Shown: positions 61,755 through 64,000 of the stretch, piece by piece
Numbering within the stretch: the first letter of the stretch is position 1
Layout: each line of letters opens with the position of its first letter
NCBI GenBank assembly: GCA_049511715.1
Contig: JBEKXU010000003.1
Span: forward strand, 36,408-100,407
DNA length: 64,000 nucleotides
Origin: Anaerolineales bacterium
GTDB taxonomy: Bacteria > Chloroflexota > Anaerolineae > Anaerolineales > RBG-16-64-43
Direction: 5' to 3'
Program-made: the position numbers and the translations under genes
Notes under the pieces: generated by a model
What the model was told of the DNA's origin: nothing
Seen by the model: only the letters and a program-made list of their open reading frames with translations
The model's database searches: none

Positions 61755-62399
61755 GTGCTTGAGGACCTGAAACGAGTTGTCTGGCAGATGAACCTGGAGT
61801 TGCCGAGGAACGGGCTGGTGGTTTGGACCAGCGGGAACGTAAGTGGCCGCGACGAGGGCACCGGCTTGGTGGTCATCAAACCGAGTGGAGTGCGCTACGA
61901 GACCCTCACGGAGGACAAGATGGTTGTCGTCGACTTGCAGGGCAAAGTCGTGGAGGGAACCCTCAAGCCGTCGTCCGATGTGTTCGCCCACGTCTACGTC
62001 TACCGCCATCGGCCTGATGTGGGCGGCGTGGTCCACACCCACTCGACGTTCGCCACAGCCTTCGCGGCCCTTGGCCGGCCCATCCCGCCGAGCCTCACAG
62101 CGATATGCGATGAGTTCGGGGGGGCCATCCCCTGCGGCGGGTACGCTCGAGTGGGCGGGGACGAGATCGGCCAGGAAATCGTGGCCAACATCGGGAGCAG
62201 CCCGGCAATTCTGTTGAAGAACCACGGGGTGTTCACCCTCGGGCGCAACCCGGAGGAGGCGGTAAAGGCCGCGGTCATGGTTGAGGATGCTGCGCGCACC
62301 ATGTATTTTGCCTCGTTGCTCGGCCAGCCCGAGGAGATCAGCCCCGAGGAAGTCCAGCGCGCTCACCTGCGCTACCTGCGCGACTACGGGCAGGGCTGA
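61755..62399 (+). CDS. araD: L-ribulose-5-phosphate 4-epimerase (class II aldolase fold)
   Basis: WTSGNVS, IKPSG, KPSSD, VVHTHS, NHG and C-terminal YGQ. AGGAGG RBS before GTG 61755. Confidence 0.88.
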   Translation: MLEDLKRVVWQMNLELPRNGLVVWTSGNVSGRDEGTGLVVIKPSGVRYETLTEDKMVVVDLQGKVVEGTLKPSSDVFAHVYVYRHRPDVGGVVHTHSTFATAFAALGRPIPPSLTAICDEFGGAIPCGGYARVGGDEIGQEIVANIGSSPAILLKNHGVFTLGRNPEEAVKAAVMVEDAARTMYFASLLGQPEEISPEEVQRAHLRYLRDYGQG

Positions 62400-63143
62400 A
62401 GGGGAAGGGCGGGCCGCCCACACACCGGCGAGAAGCTTTCCCCTGTCCACGGCAGGACCAGGCAGCCCCAGCCCTTCAAGCCCGGGAGACTCAAGGCCGA
62501 GGTTCCTCAAGCTCCGTACGGACGAAACAGCACCCTCCGGGCGTTTTCCCTCTTCGGTGGAATTCCTCTGTGTCAGGACCCTCCGCCCGCGCCGTGCGGT
62601 CGGGCTCTTGGGTCTCACAACGGTCGCCCTGGTTCCCCCTGGAAAGGAGATCGGGGGCAGGTGAGGGAATTTCCACCTCAGCCCGGTGCCATGCCGCGGT
62701 TCGGAGCATGGGCGCCGACCGGGAGGATTCGCGTCCACGTCCATCTCCGACCCCCTGATCGTTATTCGGGCTGAACATCGGGGAAAGCGCGCCTGCCTCT
62801 CGCCGGGTTGCAGCAGCCGGACCTCCTTGTCAGACACCGCCTCACCGGGTTCAGGGGTTTGAAAGGCCGCGAGGGTTTCTCGTTGGATGGCAGATCCCTC
62901 CGGACGGCTTTCAGGACTTTTTCTTTCTTCCCGGGACCTCGCGTTAAGGGGGGCCACCTCGATTCTGAAAACAAGCGACGGCTCTTTGGGCATCCGGGGG
63001 GATCAGCTGAGGGCTCTGCCCCAGGTTCCTGGTTCCGCAAGCGGGGAACGCTCCGAGGTATTATTCGGCCTGTGAGCGCCCCCGGGGGGACCAGAGCGAT
63101 CCAAGCCCGGAAGGGATAGCCACGCTTGGAGAATGGGACCAAA

Positions 63144-63827
63144 ATGAGGATCCGCGCAGCGCTGTTTGACATGGATGGCACCCTGGCGTACACGCTGGAA
63201 GACATTGCACAAGCCATGAACCAAGTCCTGACTAGGCGAGGGTACCCGAGCTTGCCTGTCGAAGACTACCGCAGGCTGGTATCGGAAGGGATTCCAGCCC
63301 TCATCACGCGGGCGCTACCGCCGGAGGGCAGAGATCCCGAGACGATCGTTGTTTGCACGAAGAGCTTTGACCGCGAGTATGCAAGACAACTGGGCGTGCG
63401 GGCGCGGGTCTACCCCGGGGTCTCGGAAACGCTGGAGGCTCTGGTTGCGCGAGGCGTCAAAAGGGCCGTACTCTCCAATTCGCAGGATGAGCTCGTCCGT
63501 CTGCTGGCGTCGGGTCTTTTCCCGGCGGGGACCTTTGAGGTCGTGCGGGGAGCCCAGGATGGGGTTCCTCCCAAGCCGGACCCACGAGGGGCTCTGGCTG
63601 TTGCCGCTTCTCTAAAGGTGAGGCCGGAAGAGTTCCTCTACCTGGGGGATAGCGGGGTCGACATGCAGACCGCAACGGCCGCATCCATGTTCCCGGTGGG
63701 GGCCCTCTGGGGATACCGCTCCCGGGAGGAACTGCTCGCGGGCGGAGCCAGGGTCCTGATTGACCGACCCCAGGGTCTCCTTGAACTGTTGGAGGGGACT
63801 GTCATCAGCCGGAAGGGCGCAAGTTGA
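63144..63827 (+). CDS. HAD-family phosphatase (phosphoglycolate phosphatase-like)
   Basis: FDMDGTL, LSN, KPDP, LGDSGVDM and WGYR. Confidence 0.88.
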   Translation: MRIRAALFDMDGTLAYTLEDIAQAMNQVLTRRGYPSLPVEDYRRLVSEGIPALITRALPPEGRDPETIVVCTKSFDREYARQLGVRARVYPGVSETLEALVARGVKRAVLSNSQDELVRLLASGLFPAGTFEVVRGAQDGVPPKPDPRGALAVAASLKVRPEEFLYLGDSGVDMQTATAASMFPVGALWGYRSREELLAGGARVLIDRPQGLLELLEGTVISRKGAS

Positions 63828-64000
63828 TTCGGCGAAGGCTCAGCCTTCCGTGGGGCAGCGCTTCTCCAGAGGCCCGGATTGCTCATCGGGCGCGGGGTAT
63901 ACCGCGTCACGGAGGCGGCCCTGCTCGACTTGGGGGCCGTTCCTGGGCCTGCGGGCCTGTTCCTCTGGCCGCAAGGCCGTCCCTTGAGGACGTTCGCCCG

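Noticed and set aside
62400..63143. Gene or ncRNA between araD and the HAD phosphatase (5' part of ORF 61662-62993)
   Set aside because: No family features, the ORF runs antisense through araD, and no RNA motif was recognised.
1..64000. CRISPR arrays, IS elements, prophage, defence systems, rRNA
   Set aside because: No regularly spaced repeats or transposase, integrase, phage, cas or rRNA-like sequence seen by eye.

Overview
GC-rich bacterial chromosomal segment. Protein families, Ala/Pro-rich lipoprotein leaders and TAGAAT/TATAAT-type promoters suggest Chloroflexota (Anaerolineae-like); this is inference, since no marker gene is present. The left half (1-25 kb) is mostly housekeeping: fabL-like reductase, an M48 protease fused to a DUF309-like domain, YhhN lysoplasmalogenase, tRNA-Leu(CAG), a heterodimeric ABC exporter, MFS, dinB with oxidoreductases, a Fur-family regulator heading a Ni/Co ECF transporter, thrC, bcp and pepA. 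The middle (25-32 kb) is gene-poor, with a 43-aa membrane microprotein absent from the ORF track, a cupredoxin-like lipoprotein lacking its copper ligands and a REC-PAS-GAF-HD-GYP protein. A complete kdp locus follows (an extra small peptide, then kdpFABC-DE). The right part (42-63 kb) has a clan GH-A-like lipoprotein, YceI and galT, then a ~15-kb co-oriented sugar-catabolic cluster: ABC importer, three divergent URO-D/MtaA-fold proteins, LacI regulator, DhnA-type aldolase, FGGY kinase, FucI-like isomerase, a ligand-deficient M24 'peptidase', araB and araD. This cluster is the best candidate for an undescribed system, probably breaking down a modified (methylated, acidic or conjugated) sugar into the L-ribulose pathway. 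I saw no CRISPR, rRNA, integrase or transposase. All family calls come from motif recognition by eye, not database searches. Many starts were trimmed from the ORF track to the likely true start.
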